Source of the DNA: Octopus sinensis
Lineage: Eukaryota
Direction: 5' to 3'
Length of the DNA stretch: 64,000 nt
Assembly (NCBI RefSeq): GCF_006345805.1
Contig: NC_043001.1
Span: 37,758,001-37,822,000, forward strand
How positions within the stretch are numbered: the first letter of the stretch is position 1; each line of letters starts with the position of its first letter. Both the position numbers and the translations under genes were made by a program. The notes below the pieces were generated by a model. It was not told the origin of the DNA. It ran no database searches and worked only from the letters and a program-made list of their open reading frames with translations. Shown piece after piece: positions 13,001 through 25,152 of the stretch.

Positions 13001-14109
13001 TTATTGTAGGTAATGGAGGTAACTGTCACAAAGTTTTGGTATTATATTCAAAAAGTTTTGGTCAGTTTTCTAATACAGACCGTTGTGTTTATTATTATAG
13101 TGCTTGTAAACCATTTAAAATCTCTTATGGTCATCTTACCTGCTAGAAATAGCAACCCAAATGTTCTTTCATCAGATCCCAATGCTGATTGTTCAAGAAC
13201 CAAATGAAGGTCAGATTTTCAATCCTGATTCCAAAAAGGTATAATATGTCTATGCAGAGCAAATGTAGACTGAGATACATGGGTCACAGACAGACAGAAT
13301 TTCACTTTTATCTATATAGAAGTGGAAAACAACTTATCTTTTATGGAAGCATGAAATATTGACAAAAGTAATTTTTTTGTATTATAATTCTGCAATTTTT
13401 ACTAATTTTTTCCTTCTTAGGAAATTCTCTCCTTTGTTGTGCATCGTCTAAGTAAGAAGAGCATTATTTATGATCTTTGCCTTTCGTCAAGAATTGTGGA
13501 GATTGTGCAAATAATTCAACTAAAACATCTGTAGGAAAACCGTTAATAAGGAGTTTAAGGTGGGACATTGTGGAAGTGATAGTTGGGAGAGAGACAAGTG
13601 AAATAGTGTGCCTGGGTGGTGAGGATATGTATTATATTATAGACAGAAAACCACAGCATATTATAAAGTTTATATGACATTACAAATTCTCTTTCTTTCT
13701 CACACACACACACACATTGTAATTACTATTATTATTTAGGGTGGCGGGCTGGCACAACCATTAGTGCACTGGGCAAAATGCTCATACATCCATCTGTATG
13801 TTCTGAGTTCAAATTCTGCTGAGGTTGACTTTACTTTTCATTCTTTTGTGGTCGATGTAATTACTGGCCTTGTGACAAAATTTGAAACCATTATTATTAT
13901 TATAGCCGAGTTCCAACCTGGTTCACAGCAACAAAGTCCACCTGCCACACTTCTTGGTTCAATATCATTGCCTTGCAGTCCTGGATACATTCCAGGCCAG
14001 TGTCTGTTATCAAGTTGTCAATGTAAGTGTGATGATGTGTGCATCTTCTTATAACACCGCAAAGTAGGTTCCATATGACTAATTTGGATGCTTTCAGTTC
14101 AGGGTGGTG

Positions 14110-14470
14110 CACACAATGACCAGATAGTCACAGCCATCTTTGTCTGATCTTCTCACTAACTTTCAGCAAGTTTCCATAAAGGTATTCATTTGTCTGTTGC
14201 AGCTATTTCACATTTAGGGCCATTTGTAGCATCCTTGTGTAAAAGCCCATTTGATAATTTCATTTTCAGTACCCATGTTTCACTGCCATATAATAGCATT
14301 GATTTGACAGATGCAATGAACAGCTTGATTTTGATTTGCCTGGGCAATATGGAGTTCCAGACTCTCTTTAGTTTGTGACAGGCTGTCCATGCTTGTGCCT
14401 TCCCAACCTTGATGTATGTTTCCAAACTGTTCACCCACCACCTAAGTACTTGAAGCTTTCAATATCATTC
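14110..14470 (-). mobile_element. RTE-like LINE RT C-terminal fragment
   Basis: KAQAWTACHKLKRVWNS...KIKLFIASVKSMLLYGSETW. Confidence 0.75.
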
Positions 14471-14519
14471 TATTTCAAACCACTCAAAAAAACAGTTCAG
14501 CATCACTTGATTGGTTGAA

Positions 14520-15490
14520 AGGCATGTATTCAGTTTTCTTGGCATTCATGTGCAGTCCAATTTTGGTAGCTGATGTTTCTACATACATACCTTTGCAGAG
14601 CCTGTCCTCACACCTACATTTGGCTTTCTGGACTGGTCACTACAGGAACTCAAGTTCAAATCTGCAAGCTGCTCAGTGTTACAGGAAACATCATTATCAA
14701 TGGAGATGTAGACAGACTATACTTCCCGTACAAGGATGGTGGCCATGGTCACAAATCTGTATTGATGTCACATGAAGCATGTATTATGACACTGAAACAA
14801 CATCTGCAACAGAGGAAAGAAGCCAGTAACAATCTCACTCAAGTTTGTGATCATGGAATCAACAACATAATTAGGATAGCTAAATAAACTTGAGGGGACA
14901 TGAAATAAGACCTGATACAGATCTGTCCCCAAGGGTAGATAATTTATCAGAGGAAGAAAGCACTATATAGTGTTGGTGGGGAGATGAATTGCTGCTATCA
15001 AGGAAGGTTTTATCTGCCAATGATGCATGAGGAGGTGGCCAGAACAGTCTGGAAGAAGATAAAAAACAAAACAGACAAAGTTGACTATATTGAGACTGAT
15101 GGGTCAGAAGAATATTGGTGGAACTTAAAAATTAAAACAGCCATTAAGTTAAACCACAAATTGCAAGATATTGTTGTGTGGGACCACATGGAAGAGATAT
15201 GTTCCATTGTGGAAATTAGCCGGACACCAATGTGGTTAGTAAAATATAAAAGAGAACCTCTGTGGACCACTGATAAGGAGTTTGCAAATTCAGTACCCAT
15301 GATACACTTTCAGCTTCATATACCTATTATTATTGGAGTAACAGGATACACACCAACCAGTCTGGAGTTAAGTATGACTGAACTTGGGTTCTTGGAGAGA
15401 GAACACAAATCCTTAATTCATACACTACAAATGATCACAATATCTGGGACTATTAAAGTTTGCAAGACCTTAAGATTTAAAGGATGATGA
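14520..15490 (+). mobile_element. R4/Dong-like (restriction-like endonuclease) non-LTR retrotransposon, 3' remnant
   Basis: DVDRLYFPYKDGGHG, MHEEVA (RHD-like), YWWNLKIKT...DIVVWD and IPIIIG motifs of an RLE domain, degraded. Confidence 0.75.
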
Positions 15491-15512
15491 ATAAAACAAG
15501 ATACCTTTCTGG

Positions 15513-15806
15513 GAAATTTTTACCACCTCATCCCAAAGCTTTCCACCAAAATACAAGATTTTTCACATGGAATCAACCCGTGGTGATGAGGAAATGGTAA
15601 ATTTTTACCTCACCCCGACACTTATCACCAAAAAAAAAAAATTTTCCAAAATATCCAGGCTGCAGAGGTGTCGCCCCCACCTTTTTCTGAATCATCAAAA
15701 TAGGGGATTTGCGGGAAAGTAGTTCAGGGGAGTTGATTACACGTGAAAAATCGTGATTTTTTCTCCCTTTTGGTGAAAAGTGTGGGGGTGAGGTGATAAA
15801 ATTTTA
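15513..15806. mobile_element. MITE-like inverted repeat
   Basis: aaatttttaccacctcatcccaaagctttccaccaaaa vs ttttggtgaaaagtgtgggggtgaggtgataaaatttt; related sequence near 26720-26940. Confidence 0.55.
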
Positions 15807-15814
15807 CTTTCGTT

Positions 15815-18020
15815 CAATATACAGTTTGAGACCAGTTAACGAAAAAAAAAAAACCCATTCTACTTAGATGTAAAAAAAATGTGTAGAAAATTAATATGAA
15901 AAAAAAATTGCGCAAACGAACGAAAGCGGAGTGGGTGGTTGGGGAGAGGATTTTCGGAAAATTCACAAGATCTGATTTTCCCATCATAACTTTCAGGAAA
16001 ATGGATATGTAACGGAGCAATAGTTGTAACGGTAGATATTTGATTTGGAATACAATATCATGAAGAAATGTTGGAGTCAGCAAGTGTGACGATAATAATT
16101 TGGTGTTAAAACGACAAGTTGTAATATGTGTAAAAATGAACAATGATTGAAGTTTAAAGAAATATGTTTATTTACCGTTACGTTATAATACCTAGCCTCG
16201 ACGAGCAAGTTGATAAATCCAAAAGCATGCGAAAGTTAGATGCGGTAGAATGTTTCATTACATAGTTTGCTGCAGTATACTTACAGTTCGTAGTAATTAG
16301 AGAAAGATAAAATGTTGTTGTAGGAGAACAGAATTAGAGCTAGAGAGAGTTGTATGGTCTTGTCTCACAGTTGCTTTCTCCCTCTGACCAAGGTTGGTTA
16401 GCCACACCTCGTTGAGTCATCACCGGCTGGTGACTAACTGATTTTTGCTTGGGATGTGCTTGCTTATATAAAGATCCAGAAGGACAGATATATCATTGAG
16501 GACAATAGATTTAGTTTGTGGTCTCGTTATCTATTCGAGCTTTTGGTGAAGTAGAAGAGGTTAGAAAGGGTCAAGTGGTGAAGACATTATTTTGGCCTAG
16601 CTAAAGGCATCTGGAAAATGTAATAACTGCTGCCAGAGAAAAACCATTGTTCCATCGTGGAAAAAGTTCTGTGGCAGTGTTGATTTAAATTTGGCTACGG
16701 TGGATCGAACCCACTTCATGTTTGCAGGATTCGCTACAGATACATATTGATGAAATTTTATAAAAATACCGTTCAAATGACACAAATTACGATTATAAAG
16801 AAATTTCTGCAGAAAACTTTTTCCGAAGGGGTGAGGAGAGAACTATCGGAAAATTCACATGATCCATTTTTTTCCCCTCATAATTTTCAGGAAAATGGAT
16901 ATCTTTCAATGAAAATTTACAGAAACACCTTTCAAACAGCATAGATTACGATTATAAAGAAATTTGTGGGGACAATGTTTTTTCGAATGGGTGAGGAGAG
17001 GACTGTTGGAAAGTTCACACGATCCCTTTTTCCCCCTCATAACTTTCAGGATCTAGTTTAGCGCCTGGTCACCAAAACGGAAAAATAAAGTCTATTAGGT
17101 GTAAAAAATGTGTAGAAAACGAATATGAAAACAAAAAATTGCGCAAACATACATGGACAGAACTTCATCTTGGTTGGTAATTATTTGACGGCAACGATCC
17201 GAGAAAGGAAGGTATCACTTGGCTGCCTCCCACCCCATCCCCGTTCGTTTGCGCAAATATTTTTTCCATATTCATTTTCGACACATTTTAATCTATGCTG
17301 TTTGAAAGATGTTTCTGTAAAATTTCAACAAAAGACATGCATTTTCCTGAAAGTTATGAGGGAAAAATTGGATTTTGTGAATTTTCCGAAAGTCCTCTCC
17401 CCCACCCAACCCCGTTCGTTTGCGCATTTTTTAAATATATATATTTGTTCTCTACACATTTTTTTTACGCCTGTTATATTCTATTTTTCGTTTTGGTGGC
17501 CGGGCGCTAAACTAGATCCTAAAAGTTGAGGGAGAAAAAAACCCGATCGTGTGAACTTCCCGACAGTCCTCTCCCCACTCCTTCGGAAAGAAAAAAACAT
17601 TTTCCCCACAAATTTCTTTATAATTGTAATCTATGCTGTTTGAAAGGTGTTTCCATAACATTTCATTAAAAGATATCCATTTTCTTGAAAGTTATGAAGG
17701 AGAAAAACGGATCGTACGAATTTTCCGACAGTCCGCTCCTCACTCCTTTGAAAAAAATTTCCCCCAGAAATTTCTTTATAATCGTAATTTGTGTCATTTG
17801 GACGGTATTTCTATAAAATTTCAGTAATATATATCCATTTTCCTGAAAGTTATGAGGGAAAAATTGGATCTTGTGAATTTTCCGAAAGTTCTCTCCGCCC
17901 CCACCCGTTCGTTTGCGCAATTTTTTTTTTCATTTTCGTTTTCTACACATTTCTTTACATCTGGTAGGCTGGGTTTTTTTTCTGTTTTGTTTTCGTTAAC
18001 GGGTCTCAAACTGTATATTG
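15815..18020. mobile_element. Foldback-type non-autonomous TIR element with ~157-bp tandem subunits in each arm
   Basis: Termini caatatacagtttgagacc(a/c)gttaacgaaa inverted; motif cataactttcaggaaaatggata recurs at ~155-160 bp spacing on + (left arm) and - (right arm). Confidence 0.85.
16008..16738. mobile_element. solo LTR (731 bp) nested in the foldback element
   Basis: TGTAACG...CGCTACA termini; 4-bp TSD GATA at 16004-16007 and 16739-16742; removing it restores the subunit seen in the opposite arm; TATA-like 16465 and minus-strand AATAAA 16167. Confidence 0.8.
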
Positions 18021-18460
18021 GCCTTACTTTCCAGGTATCCAGTCAAAATTTATTCTGAATTAAACAAAAGAATATACACAAATATAACCACTATGTTGTT
18101 AAACCTCATGAGTTCTGACAGAGCAGACATCTGAAGGCGTAGACAGAGTATTTGAATATTATTTTACAAACACACTCATTATGTACGTATTTTCCTTGTT
18201 GCACACACATCCAGGGGATTTCAAGGGATCAGGATTTCTGTTACACAGTGCTTTCGTTAAGAAATATTTCTTGTCGCCTAGTAACGTGATTTTACCGCCT
18301 TGGACTACTTTTTAGGTCTTTTCTAATTGAAGAATACCAATCTAAGGGCGAGTTACCATAGTTGACTATAATAACGGTGACGCAATATATGTTACCTTGT
18401 TACCGTTAATGACGCTGTCTGATAGCACAACGCTTACATTTTCCTTTTCAAAATTTAAAT

Positions 18461-18754
18461 ATGTCTGGAAAATTTGTAACAGTGAACTACGAAGTTTTTG
18501 GCAAAGTTCAAGGTGTATTTTTCCGCAAATGTACTCAAATTAAAGCGAAAGAGTTGAATGTAGTCGGCTGGGTAATGAATACTAACCAGAAGACTGTGAA
18601 AGGCGTCATTCAGGGTTCCAGAGAGCAAATCAGCCCCATGAAAAAGTGGTTATCAGAAGAAGGAAGTCCTTCTTCATCTATCGAAAAATGTGAATTTTCC
18701 AAAGAAGTTTTTATCCCAACCTTAAAATTCAAAAAATTTGAAATAATACGCTAA
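18461..18754 (+). CDS. ACYP: acylphosphatase, 97 aa, no intron in CDS
   Basis: VFGKVQGVFFR (catalytic Arg loop) and GWVMN (catalytic Asn) signatures, full-length fold, ATG to TAA; CpG-rich upstream region with GTGACGCA. Confidence 0.95.
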   Translation: MSGKFVTVNYEVFGKVQGVFFRKCTQIKAKELNVVGWVMNTNQKTVKGVIQGSREQISPMKKWLSEEGSPSSSIEKCEFSKEVFIPTLKFKKFEIIR

Positions 18755-19408
18755 TAACCTGAAATCGAAAATCTTTACAAAAACATTTGATTTTTTTTTC
18801 CTTTCAATTTATGTGATGTATAATTTATTATTGAATTCATATTGTTTTTATTGCCTTCGTTAGATTTGGAGAAGACTTTTGTTTAAAGAACTTATGGAAT
18901 CGAGTCTTATTAAAAACAACTGCCAAAATACCTTGCAGTGTTTGTTTGTCTCTTGCTGCTCTGCGTTCGAATCCCGTCGACCGTCCTTCGCTTTCCTTTA
19001 TAAATGATATAATTTACCGTTCATACTTTCAGTAAATTAAGTACCACCACTCATGTGTTTATGTCAAATAAATCGCTTATTCTTTTCCCCCAAAAGTTGT
19101 AGCCTGTCTGGGTTCAGATCTAGCTGAAGTTGATTTTTCATTTCTTCATTGACCATTACACATCTTTCTTTTTGATCATGTGTACCTATATCAGAAATCA
19201 TTTTTTACTTTCCCGTGTTTCTATTTATCTGTGTATAATTTGTATATATTTATTTTATTATAAATGCGAAACAACACCACCGAGGAATCGACGAAAGCTT
19301 GAATAATAAACCGCGATATGGCGAGGTATTCCATAAAATACTGGATTATTATTGTCATCTTGAATATTAATATTTTACAACATTTATAATTATGTGTTAT
19401 TGCTTTCT

Positions 19409-19735
19409 GGCATACTCTACAGATTTCTGCCCCCCTCCCGACTTTGGATGATCATAACTTTCAGAAAAATGGATATTTTTAATGAAATTTTCTATGTGTT
19501 ATATCATGTAGATTCTGAATATCCATTTTCTTGAAAGTTAAGTCAATTGAAGTGGACTCCGGTGAATTTTACAAAATTCCCCACCCCTCCTAAAATACAC
19601 CCAAAAAATTTTGTATATTCGGAATCTACATGATATAATACATATTCATAGAAAATTTCATTAAAAAATATCCATTTTTCTGAAAGTTATGAACATCCAA
19701 AGTTGGGGGTGAGTGCAGAAATCTGTAGTTATGCC
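19409..19735. mobile_element. MITE related to the foldback element
   Basis: GGCATA..CTACAGATTTCTGC / GCAGAAATCTGTAG.TATGCC TIRs about 110 bp long; shares cataactttcagaaaaatggatat. Confidence 0.8.
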
Positions 19736-20123
19736 GCTTTTCTGTGTATATACTAAACTCCGAGTAGTTATGTTTTATTATTTTTATGTACTGAGTTTTA
19801 ATCCTGCCGAAGTTTATGAAAGAAGTATCAGTCAATTACGAGTCGGTTTAATTGACCAATTCCTTCTCCAAATTTTGCGACTTGATGCTCGGAATGACAA
19901 AAGGGTGATGAATTTGCAGCATCGTAAGAGCGTCGATGTTTCTTCGGTTCATTGCATTCTGGGTTCAAACCAAGTTTGCCTCATACTGACGTCCTCCACC
20001 CTCTGAGTCAATAAAGCAAAGTACGAGTCAAGTACTGAAGTTGATTTCATCGACTAGCTCCTTCCCCACTTCAGCCTTTATGCTTGTTAAAATCTGTGTG
20101 TGTATGTATAACGTCCTTGTTTT

Positions 20124-20291
20124 TATTTACATTTGCCGGATATTTGCCCTCATTTTGTTTGTTGTTAACACAACGTTTCGGCTGAGGTGTCCTGGGGTAC
20201 CCAGGACACCTGAAAAAGGCTAGTGAGTATATCAGTCGAAACGTGTTAACAACAAACAAGATGAGGACAAATATCCGTTAAATGTAAATAA
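20124..20291. repeat. Penelope-type inverted repeat with decayed hammerhead core
   Basis: ~60-bp inverted arms (ttatttacattt...aacacaacgtttcggctga), central 12-bp-stem hairpin, CTGAAAAAGGCT...AGTCGAAAC at 20210-20242. Confidence 0.6.
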
Positions 20292-20538
20292 TGTACATAA
20301 TTCATCATCTCTCAAATATATAACTGTCCTTGTCTTTATTCTCTTTTATATATGGTTACAAGATTTTTCTAAATTTCTTCAATCACATGAAGTTTTACAA
20401 TTTTCACCTAATTATTAAAATATATATATTGTTCTGATGCTGCATTGCATCACGAAAGTCTTTAGCATGCCCAAATGTTATCCCCGTGTATGTAATCTTT
20501 TATTGTATTCGCGAACCTCGAAAATTATGAATATTGTG

Positions 20539-20714
20539 CCACAGACGTAATCTTTTATCAAACTTACAACCCTCAAAACACTTATTGGACCCCACAGATC
20601 AATATTAGGTATACTTTCTCTTTTCTTATAATAAAACTATACACAAAGTTTGGTATTTAAACCTTGTTTACAGTTTTCGAGGGTTGTGAAATCGATAAAA
20701 GATTACATCCGCGG
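20539..20714. mobile_element. small MITE
   Basis: ccacagacgtaatcttttatc...acaaccctcaaaac vs gttttcgagggttgt...gataaaagattacatccgcgg. Confidence 0.5.
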
Positions 20715-21165
20715 GGACTGACTTAAGTCAGCCGGCCACAAATGAGGAATTAAACAGTGCTGTGGCACAAGGTTTCATCCTTTTTGTTTTTCAGAAGTTA
20801 TGTAGTTACATGAACATTTGGCTGCTATTTCTAGCAGATTAAGAGAGCATGTATAAAGGTTTGGGCTCATTTCCATGGCAATGGTGATCAGCACACGATA
20901 TATCGCCAAATGGAGGCTGCTGATAAACTAAAAATATAAAATTTTAAATGCTCGTAACTTATTCATTTCTAGAAAAAAAAAAAAAAAAAATGAATGTGAT
21001 TTTCGTCATCAATATATAAAACTAAATTAGAAGTACACATTTTGAAAATTTCAAAAACGCCAATTGGGTGGAAGAAATTCAACCTCTTTACCTATTGAGT
21101 CCATTTTGCGCTAGCGATCTAATTTTGTTATAAATTCGAAACGCATATTTTTCTTTTTTAAAAAA

Positions 21166-21202
<37 letters not shown>

Positions 21203-22684
21203 TGTATGTATATATTTGTGTGTATTCCAGTTCACTGAATAAACTACCACATTGATTTAAAGCATGGGTATCACCAGTGACTCGCAAGGGACATCGAGTC
21301 ACTGGCGTTACACGTTAAAATATCCAAGGTTTTATCGGGGGCAGTGCTCCGTTGATGGAGATAACTAGGTTACACCCTTCTCATATCGAACCATCCGAGA
21401 AATACAAAGAAATATGTATGCTGTACATTTTCTAAATTTGAATAATGCAGTTTGATCCACAGTAATATGAGGTTCCATTAAAAAAAGAATCACCCTTGTG
21501 AACTACCGGTGTCATCCATGGTAGTGTAGGAAGTCACTGGTGACCCCCATTATAGGCAAAGGATTAAGTAATTTTGGAATTGTCTTCCCATGAAAACGTT
21601 TTATTCTGGCGATATGTGGAAAGAACTTATTGTAAATGATATAATGGATACTCTAAGATTCAAGAATATTTCCCTTTGCTGTGTACATATTTATGCAATT
21701 GCTCCTTTTGTTTAGTAATAGCGCTAATTTTACTATGTTCTTTAAAATTATACTACAAACAGGTTTTTGTACCTAAGACACGTAAATTATTAAAATATGC
21801 ATAATGTTAAAAATGGATTAATTTGAATTTTTTCTTCTTTGGTTCAATTAATTCATTTTTTGCAAAGGATCTTCAATTTTCTGGTAAGGGTTTTTAATTT
21901 ATTATATTTCGGGATGGTCGTTTTTATTTTTATTTTTCTAACCATTCCGAAATATAACAATATCTGTTTCATTGCACCATCTCACATCAGGAGAACAAAT
22001 TCATAAACGTCTTTAAATTAGGTTTACAGATGTCAGGGGAGATAACTATAAAACATGACCAGGTATAATGCAAAAAAGCTTAATTTACAAGCACTAGAAA
22101 TATTAATTAATTACAACGTAATGAAATGGTTAATCCAATTGACTGAACTTATCCATATTTTCTCCTATACTAAAACCTCAGGATAACCGAGTAAAATTAC
22201 ACCGACATATTCGCTATATGAAAACTTAGTAAAACGGCAGAGCTCGGGTTTATAAAAAAAAAAAACAGGGGAGATAACCCTTGAACTAATGAAACTATTA
22301 AAATGAAGTCGGGAATACAGTAGTGAGCAAGTCATGTATACTAGCATTCGTTTTATTATTAAGTTTTCACTCAGCACGCGTTACTATTATTCGTGCGATT
22401 TGATCCTATACCTGGGCTCCTGAGATATTTGTGCCCGATTCTGACAGGGATTAGAAGCAATGACAATGTAGAAATTGTATCATATATTATGGCAAATGAG
22501 GCTGTCATAACATTTATGGTACAATTTCGACATTGTCATTAAGCTATAAAGCATATACACACTTTACGTGTACTGGTACTTACCAACGATTAGTCTTTCA
22601 AAACATGCGGTACTCAGTGATTCTACATCTATTTACTGTTGCTACGATGTGCATGCCCAGCACTGCCGCCTGTATGTGTGTGTG

Positions 22685-22915
22685 AGGCGCAATGGCCCAG
22701 TGGCTAGGGCAGCGGACTCGCGGTTTCGATTCCCAGACCGGGCGTTGTGAGTGTTTATTGAGCGAAAACACCTACAACTCCACGAGTCTCCGGCAGGGGG
22801 TTGTGGCGATCCATGCTTGTACTCTTTCGCCACAACTTTCGCTCATTCTTTCTTCTATTGGTCTGGTGGCGTCATTTGAAGCGCATTGTGACCAGAGATG
22901 TGTAGCGGTGACGGT
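22685..22915 (+). mobile_element. tRNA-derived SINE
   Basis: Box A TGGCCCAGTGG and box B GGTTTCGATTCCC, anticodon arm missing, non-tRNA body follows. Confidence 0.6.
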
Positions 22916-23259
22916 GACGGATATATATATATATATATGTGTGAGTGTGCGTGCGTGCACACCCTCACACACAAACTACCTAATGAACATATACTGGAAC
23001 CATTCACAAACAAGTATTTCCTGCATTAAATACATTTTAATGAAGTGCGCATAATTAAGCACCAAACAAAACAGTAATAATATTAGATGTGTAGCAAAAC
23101 TTCAATAACATTACATTGCAAGTGAACAGGATGAGTTGAATTCAGATTGCCAATACTGCATATGTTAATGAAACTGAGTGCCCTATATAAGAAAAACTGC
23201 CCTGTATAACAAGAAGCAATTTAAAGGGCATTCATTATGACTGGACACAGCACACGTAA

Positions 23260-24097
23260 TCTCTCTATATATAAACGGCAGTTTGTCTGTCTGTGTGTCT
23301 GTCAGGTTGTACCCTCACCCTCACCACGGCTTTCAACCGATTCTGATGAAACTTGACACATACATAGCCCAATGTCATAATTCAAAACTAACGCAGCGAA
23401 AATTTTGAAAAGTTCCCCCAGTTCTGAAAAAAATTGATAAATTCGACACGGGGTCGAGAATCTAAGCTTCTTATATGCAACACATTTTCTGTTGTAGTTT
23501 TCGCAACTTGCAATCGATTTTCACCAAACTCATGGTGAAGCTTAATGTGAAACTTAATTCTGGTGAAACTTAATTCTGACGTTAGTTTTCCATGCAATAC
23601 CTTACCATCAGAAAAAAATCGATAAAATCATGCCATTTTGGGGAATCGCGTTCAAATTCAAGATGACATATTTTCGACAATATCTTTCACAAATTGGCAG
23701 GAATTTTTTTTTAATTCACAGCGAGCATCATGTATGCTCCAAGGAGCTATATGGCCCTTTTTATTCCAATAGGATACTTTATTACTGGAAAAAATCGGTT
23801 AATTAAATCATATGTGGCACACATAGCAAACCGATTTGTGTATTAAACACAAACCACAGACTGTCTAGGGGGCGCAACTCGACCTTTTAACTCTCTTGGG
23901 AGGCGCAATGATGTTTTCATGTTTTCGCCCAAAGGGACAGCTAGGAACATCGTATACACAGAAGTATTCGAGTGAAGAGAAGACATTGCAACCTACACAT
24001 GCGCCTTCGTTCCCTAGGGGGAAAGAACTAGATTGGGATTAGTCGTAGCCTACTAGGGGCTCTTACATACCCGGGCAACGCCGGGCTATGCTGCTAG
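23260..24097 (+). mobile_element. non-autonomous Helitron with both termini
   Basis: A|TCTCTCTATATATAAA 5' end; CCCGGGCAACGCCGGG hairpin then CTAG|T 3' end; inserted between A and T, no TSD. Confidence 0.85.
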
Positions 24098-24619
24098 TGC
24101 GTAATAAAACCTGAATAGAATTACGTCGCAAAAGATACACATTTAATTTCACTTCAGGAATAAATCCCTCTACAGACAATGATTTGTGATTAAAAAACGA
24201 TTAAGTTTTATTTTGAATTGTGACATATAGAATTATCCAATGTTGGGAAAGGCAGTTAAAATGCCAGTTGTAAAATTAAAACATGGTATGGCCTGGTAAT
24301 CAATATCTAATTCTTTCAACTGGCCAATGAGAGATTAAAGGTTGGCAATAAGAAAATATTTTATGCTAAACTAGTAGCAAGAATAAACTATCATGTAAGA
24401 GTTATCTACCCTTACTCAGAAGGATTTTGTCTGCCTTAAGTGCTGTCAGCTTAATATGTTTTTTCGTGATACCTGTATATATATATGTGTGTGTGTGTGT
24501 ACACACATATACATAATTTTAATGTTCATTTTTGCCACGCATGGGCAGGTTAACAAGTTTTCTTCCACACAGCCTATTATTAATCATTCCTTGTTATCTG
24601 TTTCATAAGGTGTAACAAC

Positions 24620-25075
24620 TTCAGATCTGTCTTCTTTGGTTTCCATTTTCCACAGGTTCCAATTACTTTGAGTGAACAGCATATCTTTATGTATGCCAAT
24701 GCGTCTTCTCTATTTTATATTATATCTGACTCTTCTTATGTTCAGTTTTCTCTCAGATTATTTGTGTTCTGACATTCATGCACACTTCTATGAAACATCC
24801 AGTGGAGCATTCTTTCTTCATTTCTTTCTACCCTCTGCAGATCATCTCTGCACAAAGCCCATCTCCCACTACTGCATAGAACTGCACTTCCCATCCAAGC
24901 AACATATAAACTGCCCTTTACTCTGAAGGAAAAGCTCTGTGTTACCAGCAGAGTTAATAACTCTTTAAACTTTCTACAACCAGTTGTCACTCTGGGTAAT
25001 GTGCTCTCAGATTATCCACAGCCACTTCTAATAAGATCTCCTAGGTAACAGAAGCTATCAAGTACTTTTAAACAA
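24620..25075 (-). mobile_element. RTE LINE RT fragment
   Basis: RKFKELLTLLVTQSFSFRVKGSLY...LERNE-like, same family as 30945 and 53530 copies. Confidence 0.8.
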
Positions 25076-25092
25076 GTCCTGGGTATTGGAAG

Positions 25093-25152
<60 letters not shown>

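Noticed and set aside
13464-13528. Possible minus-strand terminal exon (D)VLVELFAQSPQFLTKGKDHK* with a good acceptor
   Set aside because: Only 20 codons, no recognisable homology and no upstream exons found
22685-22745. tRNA gene
   Set aside because: Anticodon arm missing and a SINE body follows; same applies to other box A/B heads in the window
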